The notes beneath the pieces were generated by a model, which was not told the origin of the DNA, did no database searches, and saw only the letters and a list, made by a program, of their open reading frames with translations. Position numbers and translations under genes: made by a program. A stretch of DNA of 64,000 nt from positions 1-64,000 of the IMG/VR virus record IMGVR_UViG_3300028887_000104. One strand, given 5' to 3'. The stretch's first letter is position 1. Each line of letters starts with the position of its first letter. Shown piece by piece: positions 29,958 to 39,786 of the stretch. This DNA is from a virus. Its lineage: Duplodnaviria; Caudoviricetes.

Positions 29958-31846
29958 ATGCTGGTGAAAGCCAAATGGAATGTGAGAGACGCAGAAGGCT
30001 GGCACAGTGCCGGAGAAGTATGGGACGCGAAAGGCGATCTCGGCGATGCGGTCGAGGTTCTGGAAGCGCCCAAAGCAAAACCGGCAGCGGAACCGGTAAC
30101 GGAATCCAAATCGGATGAACCGAAGACGGAACCGAAACCGAGGACCAGTCGGCGGAAAGTCAGCAAGTGAGAAAGGAGGCCGGGAGGATGACCAAGGAAC
30201 AGAAAATCATCATGCTGGAGCAGATGACGGATGACGGGACGCCTCCCAACATCCTGGAGGTTTATCTGGAGCTTGCGGCACAGAAGGTGCTGAACCGGAT
30301 GTATCCGTATAAGGAGGATTTCGAAGGGATTGAAGTCCCGGCGAAGTATGATTCCATTCAGCTCAAGATAGCCAACTACATGCTGAACAAGCGCGGGGCA
30401 GAAGGGCAGATTCAGCATATCGAGAACGGAATTCACCGGAACTACGGATCGGCAGATATTCCGGACGGTATGCTTCAGGAGATTGTTCCCTACTGTCAGG
30501 CGATCCGGTAAGGAGGCGGCGATATGCAGCTTCTGAAACGGAATGGTACGGAACTGGAATACCTGCCGTACACGGGACTGAGCGACGATCAGATCGTTTA
30601 TGAAAGCGATGATAAGAACGAGGAACCGGTCGGCGTGCACACAGGAGAGTTTCACCGGACATACGGCGATCCCGTACAGATTAAGGGAAGCATCTCCGCA
30701 CCGAGCGGGCGTCTGAATGAGACGTTCTACGGGCAGGATATCCGGTATACGCACACGCTGGTTGTGAAGGATGAAGATATCCGGGAAGGCGGACTGATCC
30801 GCTACAAAGGCGAACTGTATGACATCCAGGCGGTACGGCCCACGCTGAACTTCACGAGCGTCGCACTGAAGAAGCAGACCACGGACGGTGAGTCCGATGA
30901 GTAAGCTTCTGAAAAGTATCGACATTGAACTGACAGCATCATCCATTAACGCGGCGATCCGCGAGATCAACATGATGGCAAAGCAGCTGGAAGAACAGAT
31001 GCTCGACCTGGTCCGAATGCTGACGGAAGAAGGCATTGAGATCGCCAAGATGCAGATCATTTCCATGGATGCACTGTTTACCGGAGACCTGGAGCAGAGC
31101 ATCAAGGGCGTGTTTTTTAAGGAAGAAGGATGCGGCGTTATCTTCTCCGATGTACCACAGGCTATGTATGTGGAATACGGAACTGGATACGAAGGCGCTT
31201 CAGAACCATACGTGGGTGATCTGAAAGGCTGGGAGTATGACACGAACCAACACGGGATGTCTGGATGGTGGTATCCGGCACCGTGGGGATGGTGGATTCC
31301 GAAGGAGGGTGTCCATGCCGGGGAACCAATGGCATGGACCAGAGGTATGCCGTCCAGGCCGTTCCTGCTGAATACGCTGAGATGGCTTGAAGAAGCAGCG
31401 CCGGAACGGGCCAGCGGTATGTTTAACCAGATGTAAGGAGATGACAGCGGATGATTGACTACGAAGTGCAGGTGTTTAACCGTGCATACGCCAAAGCAGC
31501 TCCGCTGTGCGCCAGCAAACGGTTTGTCAGCACCGTGATCACAGAGGCACCGACCGCATTCCCGGCGGCAAGCCTGATCGAGGTCAGCAACACTACCGTA
31601 CGCAGGCTTCAGACATCTACACCGGTTGAAAACTTCGCTGTAATCACCTATCAGCTGGATGTATACGCAACCAGCAAGAGCGGATGCAAGAACGTGCTGA
31701 GCGCCGTGGATGAAGCCATGATTGCTATGAACTTCACCCGGATCAGCGGCACGTACATCGGCAACGCGACGAACACAAAAGTGTTCCGCTATACGGCACG
31801 TTATGAGGCGATGATTGACCAGGACGGCAACATCTACCGCAGGTAA
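29958..31846 (+). CDS. head-tail joining and neck genes (29958-30170, 30188-30511, 30524-30904, 30897-31436, 31451-31846)
   Basis: Canonical order; gp15-like KRGAEGQ..H.ENG; HK97 gp10-like YVEYGTG..GMPSRPFL. Confidence 0.75.
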
Positions 31847-31950
31847 CGGACCGTCACAACTGAATCACAGGAAGGCGCATGAATTGCGAGTATGGGTTAG
31901 GCCCACGCATTCATGCGTTTTTATTAATCAATGAAAGGAGAAAACCGATT

Positions 31951-32397
31951 ATGTCTACTGCTGTAAAGGGGATTTCCACGTATCAGACTTATCTGATGTA
32001 TCGGACGACCACGAGCGGCGAATATGCCAAGCTGATCGATATCTCCTCCTTCCCGGACCTGGTTCCGGCCAAGGAACGTATCGACATTACCTCCCTGTCC
32101 GATTATATGCGCGTGTACATCAATGGTATTGGTGACACGTCCGAGTTTGAGTTCGCTGCGTTCTATACGCCGGACAACTACTCCAAGGTGAAAGCGCTGG
32201 AAAATCATCAGTATGACTACGCTGTGTGGTTCGGCGCATCCGGTTCCGAAGGATCCGAAGTGCCGGATGGCCACATGGGCAAGTTCAGCTGGACCGGCGA
32301 CGTCTCTGCGGGTATCAGCGGCGGCGGCGTGAATGAGGCTGTTGGTATGACCATCAACTGCACGCCCGCTACGGTTATCGTGTACTCCACCACCTGA
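31951..32397 (+). CDS. major tail protein
   Basis: FPDL...ERIDITSLSD..YINGIGD pattern; RBS GAAAGGAG. Confidence 0.8.
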   Translation: MSTAVKGISTYQTYLMYRTTTSGEYAKLIDISSFPDLVPAKERIDITSLSDYMRVYINGIGDTSEFEFAAFYTPDNYSKVKALENHQYDYAVWFGASGSEGSEVPDGHMGKFSWTGDVSAGISGGGVNEAVGMTINCTPATVIVYSTT

Positions 32398-32473
32398 TGG
32401 TGAGTACGGCCGGAGCGGGCAGTGGACATGATGTCCGCTCCGGCCAATATTTCAATAACAGGGGGCCATAGAT

Positions 32474-33327
32474 ATGGCGAAAAAGATTGTGCCGATGGAC
32501 TCGGCGAGAAAGGAAGGCAAGCCAATGGCTGCGAATGAAAAGGAATTCACCAAGGTAATCATTACCGACAAGCATGGAAGCAAGTACACCCTGGAGTTCA
32601 ACGCCCGTGTTGTGAAGAACATGGAGCGGAGCGGTTTCAAGATCGACGCGGATTATCCCAACACGATGATTGAGAAGCTGTTTACCGGCGCATTCCAGAT
32701 GCATCATAAAGGCATGATGACCGAGCGCATCATGAGCATCTGGGACGAACAGAACAAGAAGGACGAACTGCTCGGCATCCTGACAAAGCTGTACATGAAG
32801 CCGCTGGAAGACCTGATGAAGGACAGCGGGAATGAAGAAGACACCCCTACGTGGGAGACCGTCTGACGGAGGAACCACCACCGCAGACGGACACCCCGTA
32901 TGGCGATATATTTGACCAACTGTTTCCCCAGTTTCTGGTGATGGGCATGAGTCCGGAAGAATACTGGGACGGGGAGAGTTCTCTGAAAGCCGCTTACAAG
33001 AAAGCATACGAGATTCGTATGGAAACAGAACAGCGGCTGGCGGACCGGAATAACTGGTACATGGCGCAGTACATCATTAACGTACTGCAATGTGTACCGC
33101 TGCTGGTAGGCGGACTGAACGTAAAGAGCACGACCAAGCTGCCACAGTTCCCGGACAAGCCGTACTTCGAAAAATTCGAAGCGCAAAAAAAAGAAGAGGC
33201 TCGGAAGAAACAGGAACAAGACCAGATGATGCTTGCCATGGCGTTTTTCCACGCCGGCGTCGAGAAGTTCAACAGGAACATCGAAGCGCGGCTTGAGAAA
33301 GAGAAGGCAGCATTGTCCGGGCAGTAA
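32474..33327 (+). CDS. tail assembly chaperone pair (32474-32866, 32851-33327)
   Basis: Overlapping ORFs between the tail tube and tape measure genes. Confidence 0.7.
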
Positions 33328-33362
33328 GAATACGGGGCGCGGAAGCGAGGAGGAAATGACTT

Positions 33363-36300
33363 ATGGCAGATGTTGGTGTATTAAATTTACAAATCAAAGC
33401 AAATGCATCACAGGCAGCACAGAGTCTGAGGTCCCTTGCTTCCGCGCTTTCGCGTGTCAAGGATGCCATCGGAAAAGGCCTGACGCTTGGAAGCACAGGA
33501 ACAACGCTGAAGAGGCTTAAAGAACTTCTTGGCGGCGACTGGAGCGGAAGTGATCAGTTTAAGATCGCTATGGGCAACCTGCGGGACGGAGCGAACATGC
33601 TGTCCAAAAGCGGTACGGCGGCGAAACTGGAAGGCGCAGCCAAGGCCATGAAGACCATTTCCGATGCGTATCAGAAGTATATTCAGTCTTTCGCACAGAG
33701 TAATAACGAGGCCAGCAAAGCGACGGCAACCGTTAAGGAGGCTGTCGGCGATTGGCGTGGAAAAATGGCCGGAGCGAATAGCAAAGGAACGAACCTGCAA
33801 TTCTTTGCATCGTCGCCAAAGGGCGAGAAAATGAATGCCATGAACTGGGCAAACGGCGCTGTCGAAGCCATGCATAAAGTCAATGAGGCAGCAGGCGGTG
33901 TCGATGCAGGAACGGTTAATAATATTACAAACCTTACAAATGCGCTGAACGGACTAAAAGGCGTATCCGGAATCGGCGGTCAGTTAAAAACGCTGGCTGA
34001 AGGACTGACCGCAATCCTTCGGTTCGACGGTGATCATAAAGGATCCAGCGGAACAATCGAGAGAATCGGAACATCTCTGAAACACTTCAAAGAAAAAACA
34101 TCCGGATTCAAGTCTCCGAATTTTAGTGGCATTATCAAACTTACCGATGCATTACAGAGAGGCTTTTTTGCGTCCGTTGAAATTGAGAATATTGCCAAAG
34201 CACTGGAGCATCTGAGTAAAGTCGGCGAAAGCTTTACGATGCCGAATTTGTCCGGATTGAAAAAGCTTACGTCCGCTATATCAGGAACACAGACAGCGGA
34301 CGCCAAAGCAACATCCAGCATGAAAAAGGTCAGCGACGTTGTTGATGAGGCTGCCGGCAAAATGCAGACTGTTGCACCAGGCGTTGAAGCAAACGTTGGA
34401 ACTGCGGCAGAAGAGGCGGCGCAGAAAGTAGAACAGATCAGCGATGCTGCAAATCATGTTGCCGCCGGGATGAAAAACGTTGAATCCGGAATTGAAAGCG
34501 TCGGGAAACGAGTTGAGATCGTTGCTCAAAGAATCGCTGACCAAATGAGTAATATTCTTCCGGATAATATGAGTTGGAATGTTGGCGAAAAAATGGTCTC
34601 TGTTGATGGGAAAATGCAAACAAGTGTTGATGATGTTAAAGCTGTTGCTGATGCGGTTGAAAGCGGTTATAGCCGGATGGAAAAAATTACAGACAACGGT
34701 CCGGTTCATATGGAGTTTGTTAAAGTTGATCCTGACGCAGATGAACAAAGGATTAGAGAAGGTACAGAAAGGGTAGCAGCAACTGCTCAGCGGCGCCTTG
34801 ATAAGCTGAGAGAAATGTTTAAAAATTCTTCCCCAGTTCGTCAGGAAGATATTGCAAAAGACTTCGGCATGACACGAGAGCAGATGTTCCCGGATCCTGT
34901 GGAAGCACAGGCATCCGCGCAGGGACTGAAAACAGTAACGGAAGCTATGGAGAATTATATCAGCGTAGAAGCAGAAATGCCGAAGACTGATATATCCGCT
35001 CCAGGTTCTATGTCCAGTACATTGATGGATATCATGAACCAGCCAACAAGCCCTGCATTTGATAATCTGAAGGAAAGCGAGCAACAGACATCGCAACAGA
35101 CAGAGCAACTCACCGGAGACCTGAAAGACCTCGACCGGGAAATGAAGCAGAAAAAGCCTGACGCAGAACAGGCTGCCAGCGCCATGGACCGGTTCAAGGC
35201 GTCAATGAAAGACCTTGGAAGCGGCGTGAAAACGCTGTTTAAGCCGCTGACAAACCTGGCGAAGCAGTTCTGGCGTATCGCAAAGCGGATGGCGATCCGG
35301 GCGATCATCAAGCAGGTTACCAGCGCGTTCCGGGAAGGCACGGAAAATGTGTACCGGTACAGCGAAGCCATCGGAAGCAGTTTTTCTTCGGAGATGGACA
35401 GCGCTGCCACATCTTTGAACCAGATGAAGAACAGTATCGGTGCGGCGGTCGCTCCGGCAATTCAGATGCTGCTTCCGATTCTTCAGAGCGTTGTGTCCTG
35501 GCTGACTACGGCGATCAACTACGTGAACCAGTTCCTGTCTCTGCTCAGCGGAAAGAGCACATGGACACGGGCACTCCCTGTCGCAACAAAAGCGTTTGAT
35601 GAACAAAAGAAAGCCGCGAAGAGCGCCAGCGATACGGTTAAAGATATGCTGGCGGACTTTGATGAACTGAACATTATTCAGCAGAATGGTAACGGCGGAA
35701 GCGGAAGCGGAAGCAGTGATACTGCTACTGACTATACGACGATGTTCGAAGAAGTCAGTGAATTCGACAGCAAGATTAAAGATATGGTCCAGTGGATTGA
35801 GGACCATATGGATTCCATTAAAACCATGGCGATTGCAATCGGAACAGCCATTCTTGGATGGAAAATCAGCAGTGCATTTAACGGTGTGCTTGGAACGCTT
35901 GGCAGTATTATTGCAGGCGGCGCGCTTGTTGTTCTCGGCTTGGAAATTGGCAAAATCAGCGGGTATGATGTTGGATTAAACGGAGCAAATGCGACAAACG
36001 TAACGGCTTCTATTGTTGGCGCTGTTGCAACAGCTATCGGTGGGTACTTAATTGCCGGATGGGGCGGTCTGGCTGTTGGACTGACAGTTTATACAGGTAT
36101 ATGGCTTGAAGAATATTTTGCCGGGAAAAAGAAAGCCGCATATATTGCAACATTCGGGAGTATTGTGCTTGATGCAGATCAAATGAAAAAATGGGTACAA
36201 TCCATGTTTGTATTCCCGATTGATGTATATATTGAACTCATGAATACTTCCATTGCAAATTATCAGGAAGCGAAAGAGGCTCTTAAAGTTAAAATTAATG

Positions 36301-38183
36301 CATTCAATATGAGTCTCAATAAAATCAGGCTTCGTGTTGATACATCAAATGAAGCACTCGATCAGCTGTTAACAGATGCAAACAATACGCTAACAGCGTT
36401 TAAAGAAAAAAACCAGGCAGCACTTCAAATGATCACTGTTGGAGTTCAGCTTGGAACACTTACAGATGGGAATAATCAGCCGCTTCATATAACGTCTCTT
36501 GATCAGATTGGAATGGATTTGACAGGGCTTGAAGAGGCAGCGAATTATGCAGGAAAGCAATTGTCTTACTGGGTGTCACAGGGAATGAGCGATGGTTTGG
36601 ATGAAACAACTCAAGCGATGATTGCAAAATATTCTTCGTATTTGATGAGAATTACATCAGCCGGACAAACCGGACAGATCGAAGGTCAATTTGAAACAAC
36701 AATGGCTATTGCTGTTGGCGATTTGTCTCATGGTTCTCTTATGGAAGGAATCAAGAAAATGACAACCGCCGTTGATGATTACGCAAATGCAATTAATGAA
36801 TTAAACATTAACAACGCAACACAGTTCAGCGAAATGGCAGCATCATTCCGAGAAGTGGAAAGAATGTATACAGAAGAAGCAAATGCTGCACAAGATCAGG
36901 CAACGGCAGAACATTTCCGCGAAGAAGCTGAAAAAGCAAGGTTAAAAGCGGTACAATATGAAGAAGAAGCACAAAAGATAAGAGAAAACCTGAACGTATC
37001 CAAGCAGAATGCACGGTTAAAAGCCCTAGAAAGAGTGCAGGAAGAGTTTAGAAAGATTTTTAAAGACGACGTCAATTTGTTTCAGGGCGGCCAGGGCCAA
37101 CTAGAAAACGTTGAAAATATGTGGTCGAAAAGCTATGGCGATTTCGGATCATTTGAAGACAGATTTAAAGAATATATCAATGGAAACAATACATGGGATT
37201 TAACGGCAAGCCAAATTGGAGGACTTTTATCGAGTAATGTTTATTCTGTGCTTGGAAAACTTGATAAAGAAACAGAAAAGATAGTTCAGGGTCTTGGATT
37301 AAGCGGATGGGAAATTCTTCCTAAAAGTGCAAGAAAACAATTATATCAGTATATTAAAGACGCATCGCCCAGCACATTAGCTGCAACAGAATTTATGCGT
37401 GATGCATTCAATGTCGATATAAGCCAAATGATCGAGATATCCGGATGGGAGAATCTGAGCGAAGACGCCAAGGCCAGATACATGAGAATCTGGGAAGAAG
37501 TATTTGGAGAAGATTCACTTAAAGCGGCATTAAAACAAACAGACTTTGGACAAAATGCAGAAGTGTTTGCCAACTTTATTGGTGAAAACTTCGGGAATAT
37601 GGGTCTTGAACCACGCGCATATCTGCTTAGAAGAATGACAGACATGTTTGGTGAAGACTCTGTCCGCGAATTGCTGAACAGCAGATATTCTTCTGATATT
37701 GCAGATCAGTACATGAATGAAATGCAAATTATCAGATCAATTGTAGAATACGGAGTAAATGAAAGTGACCTTCGTGCACAATACGCCGATATTATTAGCC
37801 AGTATGAATACATCATTACTGAATTGCAAAACAGACTTGATCAAAATGGAAACACCAGAGGAGCAAATTACGATCCGACAAGGTTGCGTGCATCTGCAAT
37901 GCCTGGGATGCCGTTAGGAACTGCACCTATTCGAAGCAGGACTTCTGTTGACATAGAAGGTCCAGAATATGAAACGGACACGCGCACTGCGGAAGCTACA
38001 GAGGCTACCAGTCAAAGCATGACAGACCAAAATACAAAGATTGACGTACTAACCGGACTGCTTCGGGCTGTTTTGGCACGGCTGAATGCAGGCCTGAATG
38101 TGAACATGGGTCAGACGTCCACGGCGGGACGGGTTGTAGGCGGAGCGTTGGCGGCGTTTGCCAGAGTGACCGGGGATAACTGA
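33363..38183 (+). CDS. tape measure protein
   Basis: 1606 aa, Ala-rich helical, hydrophobic central segment, position. Confidence 0.9.
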   Translation: MADVGVLNLQIKANASQAAQSLRSLASALSRVKDAIGKGLTLGSTGTTLKRLKELLGGDWSGSDQFKIAMGNLRDGANMLSKSGTAAKLEGAAKAMKTISDAYQKYIQSFAQSNNEASKATATVKEAVGDWRGKMAGANSKGTNLQFFASSPKGEKMNAMNWANGAVEAMHKVNEAAGGVDAGTVNNITNLTNALNGLKGVSGIGGQLKTLAEGLTAILRFDGDHKGSSGTIERIGTSLKHFKEKTSGFKSPNFSGIIKLTDALQRGFFASVEIENIAKALEHLSKVGESFTMPNLSGLKKLTSAISGTQTADAKATSSMKKVSDVVDEAAGKMQTVAPGVEANVGTAAEEAAQKVEQISDAANHVAAGMKNVESGIESVGKRVEIVAQRIADQMSNILPDNMSWNVGEKMVSVDGKMQTSVDDVKAVADAVESGYSRMEKITDNGPVHMEFVKVDPDADEQRIREGTERVAATAQRRLDKLREMFKNSSPVRQEDIAKDFGMTREQMFPDPVEAQASAQGLKTVTEAMENYISVEAEMPKTDISAPGSMSSTLMDIMNQPTSPAFDNLKESEQQTSQQTEQLTGDLKDLDREMKQKKPDAEQAASAMDRFKASMKDLGSGVKTLFKPLTNLAKQFWRIAKRMAIRAIIKQVTSAFREGTENVYRYSEAIGSSFSSEMDSAATSLNQMKNSIGAAVAPAIQMLLPILQSVVSWLTTAINYVNQFLSLLSGKSTWTRALPVATKAFDEQKKAAKSASDTVKDMLADFDELNIIQQNGNGGSGSGSSDTATDYTTMFEEVSEFDSKIKDMVQWIEDHMDSIKTMAIAIGTAILGWKISSAFNGVLGTLGSIIAGGALVVLGLEIGKISGYDVGLNGANATNVTASIVGAVATAIGGYLIAGWGGLAVGLTVYTGIWLEEYFAGKKKAAYIATFGSIVLDADQMKKWVQSMFVFPIDVYIELMNTSIANYQEAKEALKVKINAFNMSLNKIRLRVDTSNEALDQLLTDANNTLTAFKEKNQAALQMITVGVQLGTLTDGNNQPLHITSLDQIGMDLTGLEEAANYAGKQLSYWVSQGMSDGLDETTQAMIAKYSSYLMRITSAGQTGQIEGQFETTMAIAVGDLSHGSLMEGIKKMTTAVDDYANAINELNINNATQFSEMAASFREVERMYTEEANAAQDQATAEHFREEAEKARLKAVQYEEEAQKIRENLNVSKQNARLKALERVQEEFRKIFKDDVNLFQGGQGQLENVENMWSKSYGDFGSFEDRFKEYINGNNTWDLTASQIGGLLSSNVYSVLGKLDKETEKIVQGLGLSGWEILPKSARKQLYQYIKDASPSTLAATEFMRDAFNVDISQMIEISGWENLSEDAKARYMRIWEEVFGEDSLKAALKQTDFGQNAEVFANFIGENFGNMGLEPRAYLLRRMTDMFGEDSVRELLNSRYSSDIADQYMNEMQIIRSIVEYGVNESDLRAQYADIISQYEYIITELQNRLDQNGNTRGANYDPTRLRASAMPGMPLGTAPIRSRTSVDIEGPEYETDTRTAEATEATSQSMTDQNTKIDVLTGLLRAVLARLNAGLNVNMGQTSTAGRVVGGALAAFARVTGDN

Positions 38184-38194
38184 GGTGATAGCAG

Positions 38195-39768
38195 ATGAGA
38201 AAATATAAGTATTCCATGGGAATCAAGGTAAACGGAACGAGCATTCCGGATCCGACCAGCTGGACGTATCAGGTGAGCGACCTGGATACGGAAGGCGGGC
38301 GGGACGCCACCGGACTGCTTCACCGGGCGTATGTGGCGACGAAAGTTAATTACGACTTTGTATGGAACGCACTTGACTGGGAAATGCTCCAGCGGATCGT
38401 CGCCGCAATCCAGACGCCGTCGTTCACCCTGCTGGCACCGGACCCGAGAACGTTTAACACTATGTATACCGGCACATATTACTGCGGAGACCGGAGCGGA
38501 AGCTGCCACTACTATCTGATTGAGAATCAGGAGATTGCGCAGTTTGAACTGAAAGTGAATTTTATTGAGTACTGATTTTTTTCTTCCATGATACTACTAT
38601 ATGTGGTATGATTATCACGAAAGGAGGATACATCGTGTATAATGCAAGCAGCGCATTCCATACAGCCTGCCAGGGAAACGCGCCACAGATTGCCTTGCTG
38701 ATATTCGAAGACGCGATCTTCAGCAATTCGGACATCAACGTGCAGAACGGACTGGAATTCCACGACTACTTCAACACAGAAGAGGACATTTCCATCGGGC
38801 AGGCGCTGAGCAACGAGACCCGGTTCACGCTGTTCAATGATGCGCGGCTGCTGAACGATTACGGTTTCGGCGAGTTCCAGGCAACGCTTGGTGTCCGGAT
38901 CAGCACGGGAACGTACTCGGACAATTCCAACGTGATTGCGTATGACGGTAACGTGATCTGGCGCGGACGGAGTTCTTCTCCGTACCTGACGCGGAACGGG
39001 ACGGCAGTATCCTCCCAGCCAAGCTTTCCGGTATGGTCTATTGCAATCTACGGAACGAAGGTGTACGCATTCGGGAGCAACGGTCAGTGCAAGATCTACA
39101 CGAACGGCGGGTCTGCCGTCAGCGGCGGAATCAACGCGTTCATGCAGAACAAGGTAAAGAAGTGGAAGGGCCTCGGATTCAACCTGAACACAAGCACGCG
39201 AATCCTGAAAGTGTACGGCGACGGGAAGACGGAGACGTACGAGTTTGTGCCGCTGGGAATGTTCATTGCGGAACGGCCCGACAGTCCGGACAAGATCAGC
39301 ATTGATCTCAGCTGCCATGACCGGATGGAGAAGTTTGACAAGGACATGCCGGACACAGCGGCGCTTGGGATCACCTACCCAACGACCATCGGGACGCTGT
39401 TCACGAAGCTGTGCACGTATGCGGGTGTCCCCTACCGGACCGCGACGTTTATGAACAGCACGGCAACGGTCAGCAAGATGCCGGAGCAGTTCAAGAACGC
39501 GAACATGCGGACTGTGATCGGATGGATTGCGGAGGCCGCCGGAAGCAACGCCGGGTTCGACCGGGACGGATACCTGGTCCTGAAGTGGCTGACGAGCACG
39601 GGCCAGACGTTTGACGAGAACGGATACTCCTCGTGCGTACCGAAGTACTACACGACGCCGACGGTGACGAAACTGTACAAGCGGAATACGAGCGGCGGAA
39701 ACGACGTGACCGTCGGAAGCGGAAATAGCGGATACCTGATCCAGGATAACCCGCTGATGAATGGATAA
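38195..39768 (+). CDS. distal tail / baseplate proteins (38195-38575, 38635-39768)
   Basis: Position after the tape measure gene; IPDPTSW..SDLD..GRDATG. Confidence 0.65.
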
Positions 39769-39786
39769 GGAAAGGAGGAATGCGAC

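Noticed and set aside
28805-31243. Long antisense ORFs (812 aa here; also 38527-40107, 43601-44752, 56095-57057)
   Set aside because: Shadows of codon-biased or repetitive genes on the other strand, with no motifs.
32836-32866. Programmed -1 frameshift in the tail chaperones
   Set aside because: The frames fit, but no canonical X XXY YYZ heptamer is present; only a weak CCC-CT slip.
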